A stretch of DNA of 64,000 bases from Zygnema circumcarinatum SAG 698-1b (taxonomy: Eukaryota; Plantae; Zygnematophyceae): contig CM074806.1 in assembly GCA_037447605.1 (NCBI GenBank), positions 4,340,001 through 4,404,000 on the forward strand, in the 5' to 3' direction. Within the stretch, counting starts at the first letter, position 1; each line of letters starts with the position of its first letter. The notes under the pieces were generated by a model. The model made no database searches. It was not told the origin of the DNA and saw only the letters and a list, made by a program, of their open reading frames with translations. Shown in pieces: positions 48,322 to 61,425 of this stretch. Made by a program: the position numbers and the translations under genes.

Positions 48322-51300
48322 AACAAAGCGCTCACCCAGATCGTCATGAGTGTGAGGGGAAGTCCTTTGTCCATGCTGTATGATCTCAAGACCTCACATG
48401 CTATGTGGAGGTGCTTAGAAGAGATGTATGATGTAAAGGATAACGTCACGATAGTGAGTCTTTACACGCAGCTTGGGAAGATGAAGATGACTTCGGATGA
48501 GAAACTGAGTGAATATATGGTCAGGTTTGATACCTTGATGGAGAGGTTCATAGCTCTACATAAACCGTTAGAGAGTGACCATAAGATCAGCTAGTTCTTA
48601 GGGGGATTGACCTCTAGATTTGATGTCGCAGTCGCAGCGCTTAGGACTGTCCTAACAAACTCGAAAATGACCCTTGAGCAAGTGAAGCGGAGGATCAAGG
48701 AGGAGGACACCGTCCAAGACACCGGGAGCACCGAGGAGAAGGTGCTAGCGCTGCACTCACGACAAGACCGAAGAGGAGGTGCGCCGAAGTCGGACCGAGG
48801 AGAACGCCTTGCGGGAGCGTGCTACACGTGTGGCAAGACCGCCACTCACCGCGCATCGCTACAAGAACAAGAGTCCCAAGATCGAGGAGGAGGCGCTACC
48901 GCATTCGGCAAGAAGCGGAGAAGAAAGGCTTCTAAGGGATCTCGCCTAAGTGCAGGCAGCGAGGTCACAAGAGCACTGAATGCGAGGGTCGAATGAGACC
49001 ACTCTGAGGATGGCTGAAAGGCCCGACGGTTCTGACTTTGTTGGGATGATCCTGGTTCAGGAACTGAAGCGGCCCTGGTTGATCGATTCAGGCGCTTCCA
49101 CACACATGTGTGGCGACAAGGCATGTTCTCCACGTTGACACGCCGGAGAAGACTCGATCTGCTCACTCAAGAACCGGAGAGGGAGTGATACCACGTAAGG
49201 GTGGAGAGTAGTCGTAAGATGTGATTCTCTGAGACTCCGCCTCGCCACTACTTAAGAGGAGAGGGAGGAGCGTTTGTGTATCGGTGATGTACTCCACACC
49301 CCCGAGCTGAAACAGAACTTCATGTCTGTTAGCCAGGTGTGTAAGAGGGGGTACGAGATCACGTTCAAGGAGAAGTCTTGCGTAGCTACTCACGCAGTGA
49401 CGGGGAAGCGGCTGTTTGAGGGGTATGAGAAGGGAGGCCTCAGATATCTTCATTATGTAAGGACAGAGGATGAAGATGTGATGGTCGTATCAACCGCCAA
49501 GTAAATCTCCGCATCGTAGACTTGGACATCTAACCATCGGGCTGCAACAGCTTGCTGCCAAGGGGCTGGTCCGTGGGTTAGACGTAGATGTCGTGGAGAA
49601 GGAGCTCGGCTTTTGCAAGGAGTGTGTAGAGGGGAAGGCGCATCGGAAACCATTCGCGAGGAGCGGAGAGGAGGCGTACCATGCGCAGGAGAAACTGGAG
49701 TTGGTTCACACCGACCTTTGTGGCCCCGTGACACCGGCAACGAGTGGAGGAGCTCGGTACTTCATCACTTTTCTCGATGATTTTTCGAGGAAAATTTGGG
49801 TGAAAATTCTCAAGAACAAGTCTGAGGCTTTCGGAGCCTTCAGAGATTGGCAGACTCAGATGGAGCGAGAGAGCGGACAGAAACTGAAGACTCTGCGCTC
49901 AGAAAACAGAGGGGAGTTCAAGTCAAAGGAGTTCGGCGAGTACTCCCTCAAGACCTCGCGGAATTAGCATGAATTCTCCGCCTCCTACTCCCCAAAAGTA
50001 ATGGAGCTGCCGAAAGCGGGTAAATAGGACGTCGGGGACATGGCGCCGGACCATGCTCATGCATTCCCCTTCCCGCTTCGGGAGAGGCGGTGATGACCGC
50101 AACCTACCTTAGGAATATCAGATGCCCATCTTCCCCGTGCTCGGGCGACCCCCTGTGTCCTCGGTGAGGTGGAGGAGAGCCCACCCGCTTCCCACCGGCT
50201 GAGCGCCGGGCCGGGCCGGGTCGACAAAGGCCGGCTACAGACAGTAAGAGGAAGTTTGACCCAGCCGTTGAAGGCTGATATGTTCCTACAACATGGACAG
50301 CTGCACCTACAGATTTGGAACCCGGGCGAGCCGGAAGGGAAGTGCAGAGCTCGAGGGACATCACGGTGGACGAGAAAGGGGCGGTGACACGGCTAGGTGA
50401 GACCCAGCCCCAAAAGACAGGATTGGAGATTGTGTATGAGGACGTGGAGACCAGCGGAGAAGGCGTTGAAGCCTCTCAGGTCCCGGCTTTGGAGGAGATC
50501 AGCATGCCGGAGAGCGAAGGAGCTGACTCAGGAGCAATGCCGAACGTCGAGGCGGAGGCGGGAGTCGAACCCGAAGTGCCGCAAGCAGGGGAGCCGGAGA
50601 AATCGACGGAGACGGCCCCACTACACACTCACCTGTCAGATGAGGAAGACTCGGTCGAAACTGTACCTTTGCACGGACAGGAGTCTGAGGACTTGGATAT
50701 GGCCGAGAGAGACGCGATGAGGGCAAGGATGCCTCCGGGATTTGTTCCCGGAATTTTCTTCAACTCGAGGAGTGGGAGAACGCAAGGACCGCTGGAGGAG
50801 CACCCGGTGTGGTGAGGGAGGCCTGAACGCATACAGGCCGTCGCAGACAACCTGATGCGTGAGAGAGTGTCAATGACTCGGGCCGACCTCGCTAGAGCTG
50901 CTCCACCTGCTACTGATCATCGAAAGCCGCGAACCTTCGCCAGGAGGCTCAATGATGGGGTCGATGTGGAGCTAAGTGGCGAAGCAACATCGACAATGAA
51001 AGTGGAATAGTCTGATAGAGAACGGACGGGCTTAATCGGAGAAGCCGGGCCGAAGGAAGGAGAGCCATTGGATGCGGGTGTTCAAGGTGAAGCCGGGGCG
51101 CGGACGGGAGGTCGACTGCCATGTAAGGTAAGTGGTCGGTGGGCGAAGGGCTGGGCTCGGCACGGACCGACTGGCTAATGGAGACTTTCGCCTTAAGTGG
51201 GTGAAGCTTAACTCCCTCCGCCCTAATCGGCACCGCCGAGGGGATGCATGTCCATCAGTTAGATATCAAGACCGCGTTTCTGTACGGAGATCTCGCTGAG

Positions 51301-54300
51301 GAGATCTACATGGAGCAGCCCGAAGGGAAAGTTGTCCCGGGGCAGGAGCATCTCGTCTGTCGCCTAGTGAAGAGTCTGTACGGACTGAAGCAGGCACCCA
51401 GGATCTGGTACGAGAAGATTGACGATCTTCTGAGGAGCAACGGATTTGCGCGCTTTGAGACGGATCATTCCGTCTACCGACAAGGAGAGGAGGGAGATCT
51501 CATGTACGTTGGGATCTACGTGGATGACCTCATTATGGTGAGTCTCTCACTGGAGAGAATCAATGATCCGGCGAAGCTTTGCAAGCCAACTTCCAAATGT
51601 CGGATCTAGTGGGAGGCGCAAAGATTCCCGGGATACAAACCGGAAGAGGGGCAGCATCTTTAAGTCCTGCTCCAAGTCGGGTGAAGTACGCCGGATGTAC
51701 TCGTAATGAGATTCAATATGGAGTGAGCAAGTGCATCGCGCAATCTCAGCCCCATGGAGATCTACGCAGATTGTCGAAAAGATATGGGTTCGGGCGACGC
51801 GACGCTTTTAGGTAATGTACCGCATGTACGGAGGCCGCATGATCCGGCATCTGGGGTTTAATGTACCTAATGATTGTACCCCGGACCGACTTGGCTAAGG
51901 CCGCAGCCGCGAAGTCGGTTCATGGAGAATCCCGCCCCTCGAGCATTGGGAGGCCGTGAAAGTTTAATCTTTGCCTGCATCGGGACCCCTGGAGTAATGG
52001 ACTCGTTACTTAGGAGAGGGCTTGTCAGAGTGTATCTTGGATACACCGACTCGACCGAGAGGTGTGACGTGGACACATCAGCGTGACGCCGGATTTACTT
52101 ACTCAACGCTGGTGGAGCGCATCTCATGGAGCTCGGCTACGTGGATTCTGCTGCGCTTGTTCAGCAATCAAGGCGAGAGTACATGGGAGCATGTCACGCA
52201 GCGAAGGAGGGAGTTTGGTTCCAACATTTCTTTGATGAGTGTAAGAGGCCACAACGTCCCTTGACTTTGTTCACGGATAATCAGTCGTCCATAGCTCTTG
52301 TTGAAAACCCTGTGTTTCCATAAGAGGACAAAGCACATTAGAGTACAATACCATTATGTGCGAGAATTAGTAGAGGAGGGGATGATTGTTGTGAAGTTCG
52401 TGGGGACGAAGGAGCAGGCTGCGGATATGTTGACTAAAGGAGTTAGTGGTGAGACGCTACTAGTGAATAGCAGACTCATCGGGCTAGGCCCATGAGGAAT
52501 CGAGGGCCCAAGAGGGGATTGTTAGTGTTAGTGTGCTATGTTGACATTGTACGTTCACACTAACATTGTTGTGGTCCCCAGCTTGGGAAACATGAGACTG
52601 CTTAGTAGCGTTCCTGGGGTGAGTCACGGTCGGGCCAAATGTCGGTGGGCCTGCGACGCTTTCGGGCGAGGATGTCGGTGATGTCGCATGAACCGCTGCC
52701 GTAATCTTTTAGTGCGTCCGGGCTGACCGTGACGCAGGTCAACTACGGAGGAGACTGAGTCGCCAGCCCACGCTGACAAGTGTGAACGGGCGCGAAACGC
52801 GACGACGGAGATGGCCGCTGGACGGGCGCTTAATGTGTACGGTAGCGCTGGAACGAATATAGATACGCTGGGCGCTGGACGCGTATCGACGCAAGCGGCG
52901 AAGTTCTCCAAGGCCGAACGGACGACGGCATAAGTCTCGGGCGGGCGCTTTAATCGCATCGACGCACTGACGCAAGCCAGGCCGGGCGTAGGTTTCATGC
53001 AAAGACCGCAGCCGGATGTTGAACGCTGCACCGGGCCGGGCCAAACGCATGAGGGCGGCCGTGACGTGACATCGTCAACAAGGCGAAGATGTCACGCAAC
53101 ACGGCCATGGCGTGTATATGTGGTTTAGCTATATGAAGATAACCACATTGTGACCATCAGAGTCCCAAGTGGATTCTATTCTCGCGGCCTCGCCAGGTTA
53201 AGCCGGGTCAGCCTCGCTTGTGCCTGGAAGGTAGTGAAAGAAGGAGAAGCAGCCTAGTGAGAGGGGAGAACTTCATGGGTGACATTCTTATTATAAAGGA
53301 GTTTTAGAGCCGCGGAGCTTTCTCCTATACTCTCTCTGCGGTGTGATTTTACCGCGGCTCGCTGCCTCTCGCTGCTCATCTCCGGGTGGAGTTACGGCTA
53401 TGAGTGAAGTGGAGATAGAGTGAGAGGAGAGTGAAGATGTGGTGCCTTTCATCGGTGGGGAACCGGAGTTCCAATGGAGGGCTTACACTGGTGGTGTCGG
53501 GAGCAAATGAAAGCGATCCTCGTGACTCAACAATTCTCAGGTTCGGGCCAGTGTTGCGGGTGGTCACCGCCGGTGGTCGCAAGGTGTTGAGTAAGGGAGA
53601 AGTAGCTAGTGAGAAAGGGGAGAACTCATGTGGGTGACATTCTATTATAAAGGAGTTTCAGAGTCGTGAGCTTCTCTCCTATACTCTCGTGTGATTTGCC
53701 GCGGCTCGTCTCCTCGCTCATTCCGTGAGAGTTATGGGCTATGAGTGAAGTGAGATAGAGTGAGAGAGAGTTAAGATGTCTTCATCGGTGGAACCGAGTT
53801 CCAATGGAGGGCGACACGCTGCAGGTGGCGCTCTGAGCAGCGAGCGATCCTACCCAACAAGTGGTATCAGAGCCATGGGTGGCTTAATGCAGGACCACGG
53901 GAAGTTCAAGATTCTCAAAGATTCACTCGGCCAAGACCGCTAAAGGTGGAGATGGCGGTCGTTCCTTTGCTCGTGGGCAAGGGATCAAGTAGTACGTCAC
54001 CCGCACCATCAAGCAAGTACCGGTGCTACCGAGGGAGCCATGGCGGAGCAGCAGTCGGAACACGAAGTGGTGCTCGCCAGATGGAGTGCCAAGGACAACA
54101 AAGCGCTCACCCAGATCGTCATGAGTGTGAGGGGAAGTCCTTCGTCCATGCTGTATGATCTCAAGACCTCACATGCTATGTGGAGGTGCTTAGAAGAGAT
54201 GTATGATGTAAAGGATAACGTCACGATATGAGTCTTACACGCGTTTTGGGAAGACAAAGCATTAATTCGATGAGAAACCGAAAGTGAATATACGGTCGCT

Positions 54301-57300
54301 TGATACCTTGATGGAGAGGTTCATAGCTCTACAGAAACCGTTAGAGAGTGACCATAAGATCAGCCAGTTCTTAGGGGGGTTGACCTCCAGATTTGATGTA
54401 GCAGCCGCTAGGCCACTAGGACCTGCCCTAACGAATCCCGAAAATGACCTCGAGCAAGGAAGCGGAGGATCATGAGGAGTGACACCGCCCAAGACAATCG
54501 CGGAGCACCGAGGAGAAGGTGCTAGCGCTGCACTCACGACAAGACCGAAGAGGAGGTGCGCCGAAGTCGGACCGAGGAGAACGCCCTGCGGGAGCGTGCT
54601 ACACGTGTGGCAAGACTGGCCACTACTCGGCAGACTGCTACAAGACCAAGTGTCCCCAATCGGGGAGGAGGAGGCGCGCCGGCATTCGGCAAGAAGGAGA
54701 AGAAAGGCTTCAAGGGNGTCTNNTTCAAGTGCAAGAAGCGAGGTCACAAGAGCACTGAATGCAGTAGGGTCAATGAGACCAATCCGATGATGGCCGAAAA
54801 GGCCCCAAGGTTCTCGACTTTCTTCTTTGTTGGGAAGATCCGTGCGTTCGATTCTGCTGCCCCGGTCGACTCAAAGTGCTTCCCACACACATGTGTGGCG
54901 CATACATGTTCTCCACGTTGACAATGGGAGAAGATCATCCTGCTCACTCTGCTAAACCTGAGAGGGAGTGACAAATACCAAGGGCGGAGTAGTCAAGATG
55001 ATTCTGAGACGGCTCATATCTACGAAGAGTGAGAGGGAGGAGCGTTTGTGTATTTCCAAGATGTACTCCACACCCCGAAAGGAAATGAACCTCCATGTTC
55101 TGGGTGAAGCCAGGTGTGTAAGAGGGGTGAGATCATGCCTCAAGGAGAAGTTCCTATGAGCTACTCACGCAAAGGACGGGGAAGTACTGCTTGAGGGGTA
55201 TGAGAAGGGAGGCCTCAGATATCTTCATTATGTAAGGACAGAGGATGAAGATGTGATGGTCGTATCAAACCGCCATAACCGGCATCGTAGACTGGACATT
55301 CTAACCATCTGGGGTTGCAACAGCCTTGCCGCTAAGGGTCAGTCCTGCGTTGGACGAGATGTTCGTGGAGAAGGGAAAGCCCGCTTTGCAAGTGAGGTGT
55401 AGAGGGGAAGGCGACGGAAACCATTCAGGAGCTTGAGAGGGAGGCGTACCATGCGCAAGAGAAACTGGAGTTGGTTCACATCGACCTTTGTGGCCCCGTG
55501 ACACCGGCAACGAGTGGAGGAGCTCGGTACTTCACAACTTTTCTCGACGATTTTTCGAGGAAAATTTGGGTGAAAATTCTCATGAACAAGTCCGAGGTTT
55601 TCTGAGCCTTCGTGAGATCGCGCGTGACTCGATGGAGCGAGAGCCGGATGTAAAACCGAAGACTCGCCGCATTACCCAGGGGAGTTCAGTTTTAAGGAGT
55701 TCGCCAGTACCCCAAGACTCGGAATTAGGCATGAATTCTCTCGCCTCCCCTACTCCTCAAAGTAATGGAGCCACCAAAGGGTAAATAGGACGTTGTATGC
55801 TGACTATGCCTATGCATTCCCCCTTCCCGCTTCTTTTCTCGGGGAGAGGCGGTATGACCGCAGCCTACCTTAGAATAGATGCCCATCTTTTCCGCGACCA
55901 GTTCCCCGGAGGTGTGGAGGGGAGAAAGCCCACCCGCTTCCCCACCCGGCTTTGAGCCGCCGGGTCGACAAAGGCTTAAGGCGAGACAGAAGAGGAAGTT
56001 CGACCCGCGAGCCGTTGAAGGTATGTTCTCGGCTACAACATGGACAGTCGCACCTACAGGATTTGGAACCCGCGAGCGAAGGAAGTGCAGAGCTCGAGGG
56101 ACATCACGGTGGACGAGAAAGGGGCGGTGACACGGCTAGGTGAGACCCACCCCAAAAGACAGATTGAGATCGTATGAGGACGGAGACCAAATGCGAGAAG
56201 GCGTTGAAGCCTCTCAGGTCCCGGCTTTGGAGGAGATCAGCATGCCGGAGAGCGAAGGAGCTGACTCAGGAGCAATGCCGAACGTCGAGGCGGAGGCGGG
56301 AGTCGAACCCGAAGTGCCGCAAGCAGGGGAGCCGGAGAAATCGACGGAGACGGCCCCACTACACACTCACCTGTCAGATGAGGAAGACTCGGTCGAAACT
56401 GTACCTTTGCACGGACAGGAGTCTGAGGACTTGGATATGGCCGAGAGAGACGCGATGAGGGCAAGGATGCCTCCGGGATTTGTTCCCGGAATTTTCTTCA
56501 ACTCGAGGAGTGGGAGAACGCAAGGACCGCGAGGAGCACCTGTGTGGTGAGGAGGCCCTCGAACGATACAAAGCCGCCGCAGCATCAACCCTCGATGCGT
56601 GAGAGAGTGCCTTACCGACTCGGGCCACTAGAGTTGCCCATCGCTACATGATCACCGAGCCGCGAACCTTCGAGGAGGCTCACGATGGGGTCGATGGAGC
56701 GAAGTGGCGAGCAGCGATCGATAGCGAGTGGAATAGTCTGATAGAGAACGGGACGTGGCGACTGGAGAAGCTGCCGAAGGGAAGGAGAGCCATTGGATGC
56801 AAGTGGGTGTTCAAGGTGAAGCGAAAGGCGGACGGGAGCGTCGACCGTTACAAAGCGCGTCTGGTGGCGAAGGGCTTCAACCAGGCGTACGGAATCGACT
56901 ACACTGAGACTTTCGCCTCGGTGCTTAACCCCTCCGCCTAATCCATCGCAGCCTCACGAGGGATGCATGTCCATCGGGCTAGATATCAAGATCATGTTTC
57001 AGACGGAGATCTCGGCCAGGAGATCTACATGGAGCAGCCCGAAGGGAAAGTTGTCCCGGGGCAGGAGCATCTCGTCTGTCGCCTAGTGAAGAGTCTGTAC
57101 GGACTGAAGCAGGCACCCAGGATCTGGTACGAGAAGATTGACGATCTTCTGAGGAGAAACGGATTTGCGCGCTTTGAGACAGATCATTCCATGTACCCAC
57201 AAGGAGAGGAGGGAGATCTCATATACGCTGGGATCACGTGGATGACCTCTATTATGTGAGCCCCTCACCGAGAGAATCAATGATCTGAAGCAGCTCTTGC

Positions 57301-58111
57301 AAGCTAACTTCAAGATGTCGGATCTAGGGGAGGCGCAGTATCTGTTAGGGATTCAGCTGAAGATGGGGCAGGATGGCAGCCTCTTCCTGGGTCAGAAGAA
57401 GTACGCGATGTACTGGGCTGAGACTCACTGCGAGGAGTGCGCATCAAGGCACCAACTGGATGGAGATCTGGCTACAGATTGTCGAAGATATGGGAGGCCC
57501 GCCGACTTTATCGCGAGGTAATAAACCGCGATGTACCCGCGCCGCACGCATCCGCTATATCTGCTTAATGTACCCACGATTGGTAACTGACCGACCGGCG
57601 AAGGCCGCGCCGCTAAAGTCGGTTCATGGAGCAATCCCTACCGGTATCGAGGCCGCAGTTAATCTTTCTGCCTCGTACGGGACCCCCGAGTACGGGACTT
57701 CGCTATCAGAGAGGGTCAACAGAGCGATCGGATACACCTGACCGGACCGGGGAGGTGACGGACACATCGCGATCGACCTCCGGATTTGTTTACCTGAACG
57801 CAGGTGGAGCGATCTCATGGAGCTCGAAGCTACAGGATTCGGTTGGCGTTGTCTAGCACCGAAGGCGAGTACATGGGAGCATGTCACGCAGCGAAGGAGG
57901 GAGTTTGGTTCCAACACTTCTTTGATGAGTGTAAGAGGCCACAACGTCCCTTGACTTTGTTCACGGATAATCAGTCGTCCATAACTCTTGTTGAAAACCC
58001 TGTGTTTCATAAGAGGACAAAGCACATTAGAGTACAATACCATTATGTGCGAGAGTTGGTAGAGGAGGGGATGATTGTTGTGAAGTTCGTAGGGACGAAG
58101 GAGCAGGCTGC
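48322..58111 (+). mobile_element. Two Ty1/Copia internal regions in tandem around one LTR (52520-53859)
   Basis: Gag KALTQIVMSV...MWRCLEEMYD, knuckle CYTCGKTGHYSADC, integrase ELVHTDLCGP, RT MHVHQLDIKTAFLYGDL/YVDDL and RNase H ending GLGPMRN. PPT AAGAGGGGAT, then LTR TGTTAG...CCAACA, then PBS TGGTATCAGAGCC (tRNA-iMet) at 53862, then a second gag-pol copy. Confidence 0.88.
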
Positions 58112-59710
58112 NNNNNNNNNNTGAGGGCGATGAGGTGTTGCTAAGTACGGCGAACTTGAGACTCAAAGCTTATGGCGGAACACGTAAGCTGTGGCCCCGC
58201 TTCATCGGACCTTTCAGGGTCGGGAAGCGAATCAATGATGTCGCTTACAGGTTGGATTTACCATCCCACATGAAGGTGCATCCGGTCTTTCATGTGGGTT
58301 TGCTAAAGGTCTACCGTAGCGATGGGAGGATCCAACCACCTCCCCCACCAGTGGAACTTGAAGGTGAACTTGAGTATGAAGTTGAAACCATTCAAGCCCA
58401 CCGTCTTGTGAGAAAGGGTCGATCTTCCCGTCACGAATACCTCGTGAAGTGGTTGGGCTATGGGGTTGAACATAGCACATGGGAAGCCGAGGGCAACTTA
58501 ACCAATTGCCAGGAGCTCATCAACTTGTACTGGGAGGCGCAGGCCGCAGGAGAGCGGGCGAGGGCGGCACGGGGGGTTCCTGAGCCGTCCCCGCGCAACT
58601 CGGAAAGGGACTTGACCGGGATTATCGCTGAGCCNNNNNNNNNNAGAGGGACACGTGGCAGTCTGCCATTGGACAGCCCTGCTTCCAATCCTCCCTGCTG
58701 GTAGGAGGTTCAACGGGGGAAGCGTAAAGGGGCGTGGGTGACTGTCGTCACTCAACCAACGTACCGGCATACGGTTGCACCCCTGACCAGGGCTGTGCCA
58801 CTCTCTGAAGCTCTCGCTCTCTTGCTCTCTCTCTCGCTGAACTCTGAGTGCTGGTGTGTTATTCCGCGCAGGCTGAAAAGGCGGTTTTCAGTCGTTACAC
58901 CAACAATAATAGCCAAGCATAAGGATAAATAGTTTACACCCCAAAAATAATAGCCAAGCATTTCATGCCTTCGAGAATTCCTCCTGTATCTCAACACATG
59001 AGGGATACATCACCTAACTCCTGTACCAAAGCTTATCATGATGAACGATAGTTCTTTCACGACCTTCCTATACATGGTCGGATTCCTCTAGGCGTCCGCC
59101 TTTACATACTCTTCCTAAACAACAAAAGTCGAGCAACTTTATATAAAGAGAGAGAGAGTGAGTAAGTAGGGGAACCAAACTTGCTCCATTTTTATACAAT
59201 GGCGGTTAGCATGACGTGATGTTATTGTACCACGACCGCCCATGAAATGCCTTGTAACAACACTAATCTGATCTTAATCCTTTGTTGTCGGATCTTGCTC
59301 AGCCATGAACAGATTTAGCTCAACAATTATCTAAAATACTTTCAAACGTTGGCGTACTCTCCTTGCTTGAAAACGTTCAAAAAATTAAACCCATGTATAC
59401 CGTTCATTACACCGTATGTCGCATCACATGTGGAGACCATTGGAGGAGCGTTAAGTTGAAGAGTCGAGACCATGGAGGAGTGGAAGTGTTTTTGTGGCGT
59501 ATCCGTTGTGCGCACCGTTATCCGTTGTGTGGGGGGAGGAGGAGAGGGCATATTGTGGCGGAAGCGGTATGTGGCCTAAGTAGAAGTGGAAGAAGTTTTG
59601 GAGTTTCACTCAGGCATGTTTTCTCCTTCCATCACTCCCCCTCTCGCACCAACACTTGTAAAGCTATAAATGTACGGAACATGTAGGACGCTAAATTACA
59701 CGAAGCACGA

Positions 59711-60207
59711 TAGTCGGGGGTCCTCGTATTTACCGCCCTGAGGAGTGCGTCCCCAAGAATTTCGCCCCGATTTTGCCGAAACCACCTTTTTGTACGGTAA
59801 CTTCGTATTACCGTACTGTTCGTACTGTCCGTACTGTCCGTACCGTTACTGTACTAGCCGTTACGGGCTTTCGCAAAACTCACCTAATCTCCCCGCACGT
59901 GCCGCCGTAAGAGGCGCTCGCTCTTCTCCCCTTCTTCTTGGCTTCGATACGAAAGGATATGATACGGTACGATACGGTACGAAACGAACCGCCCCGATAC
60001 GGTACTATCCGTACAAATCATACGAGCTGTAGTGGTCGATATAATACGATACGGTACGATATAGTACGGTACGATACGTACGGTCCAACATTAACTCTAA
60101 CATAATACCGCCCGTCTATTGCTAACACGAACCTTATATATGCAAAATCAATATTTTCGCCTCATATTGGCCAAAACCAGGGTGGAAAATATGAGGACCC
60201 CTGACTG
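59711..60207. mobile_element. MITE, probably Tc1/mariner-like
   Basis: 30-bp TIRs TAGTCGGGGGTCCTCGTATTTACCGCCCTG (59711-59740) and CAGGGTGGAAAATATGAGGACCCCTGACTG (60178-60207) with 5 mismatches. TA follows the right end, GA precedes the left. The interior has inverted CCGTAC / GTACGG / GATACGGTAC micro-repeats and no transposase. Confidence 0.75.
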
Positions 60208-60561
60208 TACATAGAGCGACATGATTCGTTGCGACAACATGTGACATGATACACTAAGTTTGCCATGTTCACCATGCATCCATCCATGGCTTTCTTGGAA
60301 CAATGACCACGCTCAAATTGAATAAATACATACATGAAAAGCAAATTCCAGTCACCATCTGGTTCATCCCCCCTGCGCGGATCTCCCCTCCCCCTCCAAT
60401 TCACCATTGCCCCCTCTCTGCCTGCTTGCTCGCTGCACCGCTGCCTTCTCTGTTCTGCGCACTCCTTCCTTTCACACACCGACTCGTAGAGGTAAGCCAT
60501 GTTTTCTTCTTTGCTTATTTTTGCCGTTCTAAGCCCTTCGCTTCGTTGCAACTTAACTTCG

Positions 60562-61360
60562 CTACATGAGTGTGCGCCTCTCGCCGCGGACCACGGCGTA
60601 GGACTTTCCCGGGGCGATGAAGTCGGTGGTCCGGTGCAGGTGCTGCTCGGAGGCGGGGACCTGAAGGAGAGGGAGAGGGAGAGGGAGAGGGAGAGGGAGA
60701 GGTAGGGAGGGAGCGTCAGAGCGCTGTTGGCTTCATGGGGGAGGGAGAGGGCAGGGTAGGGTAGGAGGGCGTGGTTTGGGGGGCGTGGGAGGGAGTGAAG
60801 TACAGAAAAAATGAGGGGAGAGAGAGAGAGAGAGAGTGCGAGGTATAGAAGGGGGGTCAGAGGGGAAGAGGGAGAGAGATAGAGAGGGGGAGAGAGAGCG
60901 CATATCACCTCACGGTCCGAATGGATTTGCACACCAGTAATGACAGCATAGTCCTCCTTGTGTGGGTCAACGGTTTTATTAATGAGCTTTTCGAGATCGT
61001 TCAAGATTGCCTGCGCGCAGAGAGAACCGATGAGTGACGGAAGGAGTAGCCATTGCAGGAGACATAGCCATGGACGCACCTCGAGTATGTTCTGTCATCT
61101 GATGTAATCCCCGCATTTTTTCTGCGACAGTGAAATCTGCATCGGCTTCTTTTCAGAGGTTTCTGTCTCCTCTCCCTCTCCCTCTCCCTCTCCATCTCTC
61201 CATTGCATCTTTCAGCAGGATATCAATGTTGTCCAAGCAGAGATCAAGAATCTAATATGAGGATGCCAACTGCAGAAGGCATCTTTTCCAAGGATCACAG
61301 TACTGTACTGTTCTGCAGTATTATGATATCAACGTCAACATCTCCATCTTTCCCCCCCCT

Positions 61361-61425
<65 letters not shown>

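Larger units (their letters stand above)
32880..58644. other. Assembly gaps (N runs)
   Basis: N at 32880-32889, 44969-44978, 47717-47816, 48312-48321, 58112-58121 and 58635-58644. Order and orientation of the pieces between gaps are not guaranteed. Confidence 0.98.
32482..58899 (+). mobile_element. Outermost Ty3/Gypsy chromovirus, expanded to 26.4 kb by nested insertions
   Basis: 5' end TGTAGCGAAACGCTACA at 32482 and 3' end GTCGTTACA at 58899, with the 5-bp TSD CCAAC at 32477-32481 and 58900-58904. Its integrase C-terminus and chromodomain are at 58122-58634; a gag fragment at 41085-42054 probably belongs to it. Confidence 0.8.

Noticed and set aside
37280-58100. Frameshifts and stops as evidence that the retroelements are ancient pseudogenes
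   Set aside because: Identical blocks alternate with indel-dense blocks between copies, which is typical of partly unpolished long-read sequence; true decay cannot be judged.
59790-60090. CRISPR-like or regularly spaced repeat array
   Set aside because: Repeats are 5-10 nt, irregular, without unique spacers, and lie within MITE TIRs in a eukaryotic genome.
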